Shown piece after piece: positions 63,933-64,000 of a stretch of DNA of 64,000 nt. How positions within the stretch are numbered: position 1 is the stretch's first letter; every line of letters begins with the position of its first letter. The DNA comes from an uncultured Acidimicrobiia bacterium (GTDB taxonomy: Bacteria; Actinomycetota; Acidimicrobiia; Spongiisociales; UBA11373). The notes beneath the pieces are model-generated. The model was not told the origin of the DNA. It saw nothing but the letters and a program-made list of their open reading frames with translations, and did no database searches. Location: positions 63,969 to 127,968 of the forward strand of contig CAZWKX010000001.1 in assembly GCA_964633975.1 (NCBI GenBank). Reading direction: 5' to 3'. The translations under genes were made by a program, and so were the position numbers.

Positions 63933-64000
63933 CGCAAGGTGAAGGGATCGGCGATATCGAGGTAGATGGCGAGCACGCCCAAGAGGATGAGCAGGATGAC
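63929..64000 (-). CDS. C-terminal fragment of an upstream membrane protein (position suggests RIP metalloprotease RseP), running off window
   Basis: The reverse frame gives ...VILLILLGVLAIYLDIADPFTLR*. Its TGA overlaps the ispG ATG (ATGA). Family assignment rests only on the usual dxr-rseP-ispG gene order. Confidence 0.3.
   Translation of the reverse strand, partial: VILLILLGVLAIYLDIADPFTLR

Noticed and set aside
1-64000. Searched by eye for CRISPR arrays, rRNA/tRNA genes, transposase/integrase ORFs and IS terminal inverted repeats.
   Set aside because: No regularly spaced direct repeats, no tRNA-like cloverleaf candidates, and no DDE/tyrosine-recombinase motifs were recognised. The only mobile-like signatures are the TA pair and the gene remnant.

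Overview
High-GC (about 70%) chromosomal segment, probably actinobacterial (Acidimicrobiia/Actinomycetia-like codon usage, GTG starts, leaderless-style promoters). It is gene-dense and mostly housekeeping, with a few accessory clusters.

Conserved core block at the right end, all on the minus strand: ispG - proS - rimP - nusA - infB - DUF503 - rbfA - nrnA - truB - ribF - rpsO - pnp. The left end carries two ABC exporter pairs with a TetR regulator.

Middle of the window:
- tyrA (chorismate mutase/prephenate dehydrogenase).
- A radical-SAM / methyltransferase / type IV pilin-like trio, with an Lrp regulator upstream.
- LD-carboxypeptidase and an LhgO-like FAD oxidoreductase.
- A secretome cluster: an S8 protease-RTX protein, three tandem paralogous secreted CapA(PGA_cap)-domain + RTX-repeat proteins, and an LRR protein.
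- A split SOS mutasome: dnaE2 at 23.2-26.4 kb and imuA'-imuB at 47.8-49.8 kb, each preceded by an identical TCGAACATATGTTCGA LexA box.
- A MazE/MazF-like toxin-antitoxin pair beside an oxidoreductase gene remnant.
- A TPP-riboswitch-controlled thiamine pyrophosphokinase + thiamine ABC importer operon.
- A mannosylation-type envelope cluster: acyltransferase-3, DUF2079 GT-C-like protein, Ppm1, and a fused MTHFS-phosphomannomutase.
- AlkZ/YcaQ-like DNA glycosylase, PlsC and a DUF1028 protein.

No rRNA/tRNA genes, CRISPR arrays or transposases were recognised. All coordinates and starts were read by eye from the six-frame track and raw sequence and are approximate. Family names rest on recalled motifs, not on searches.
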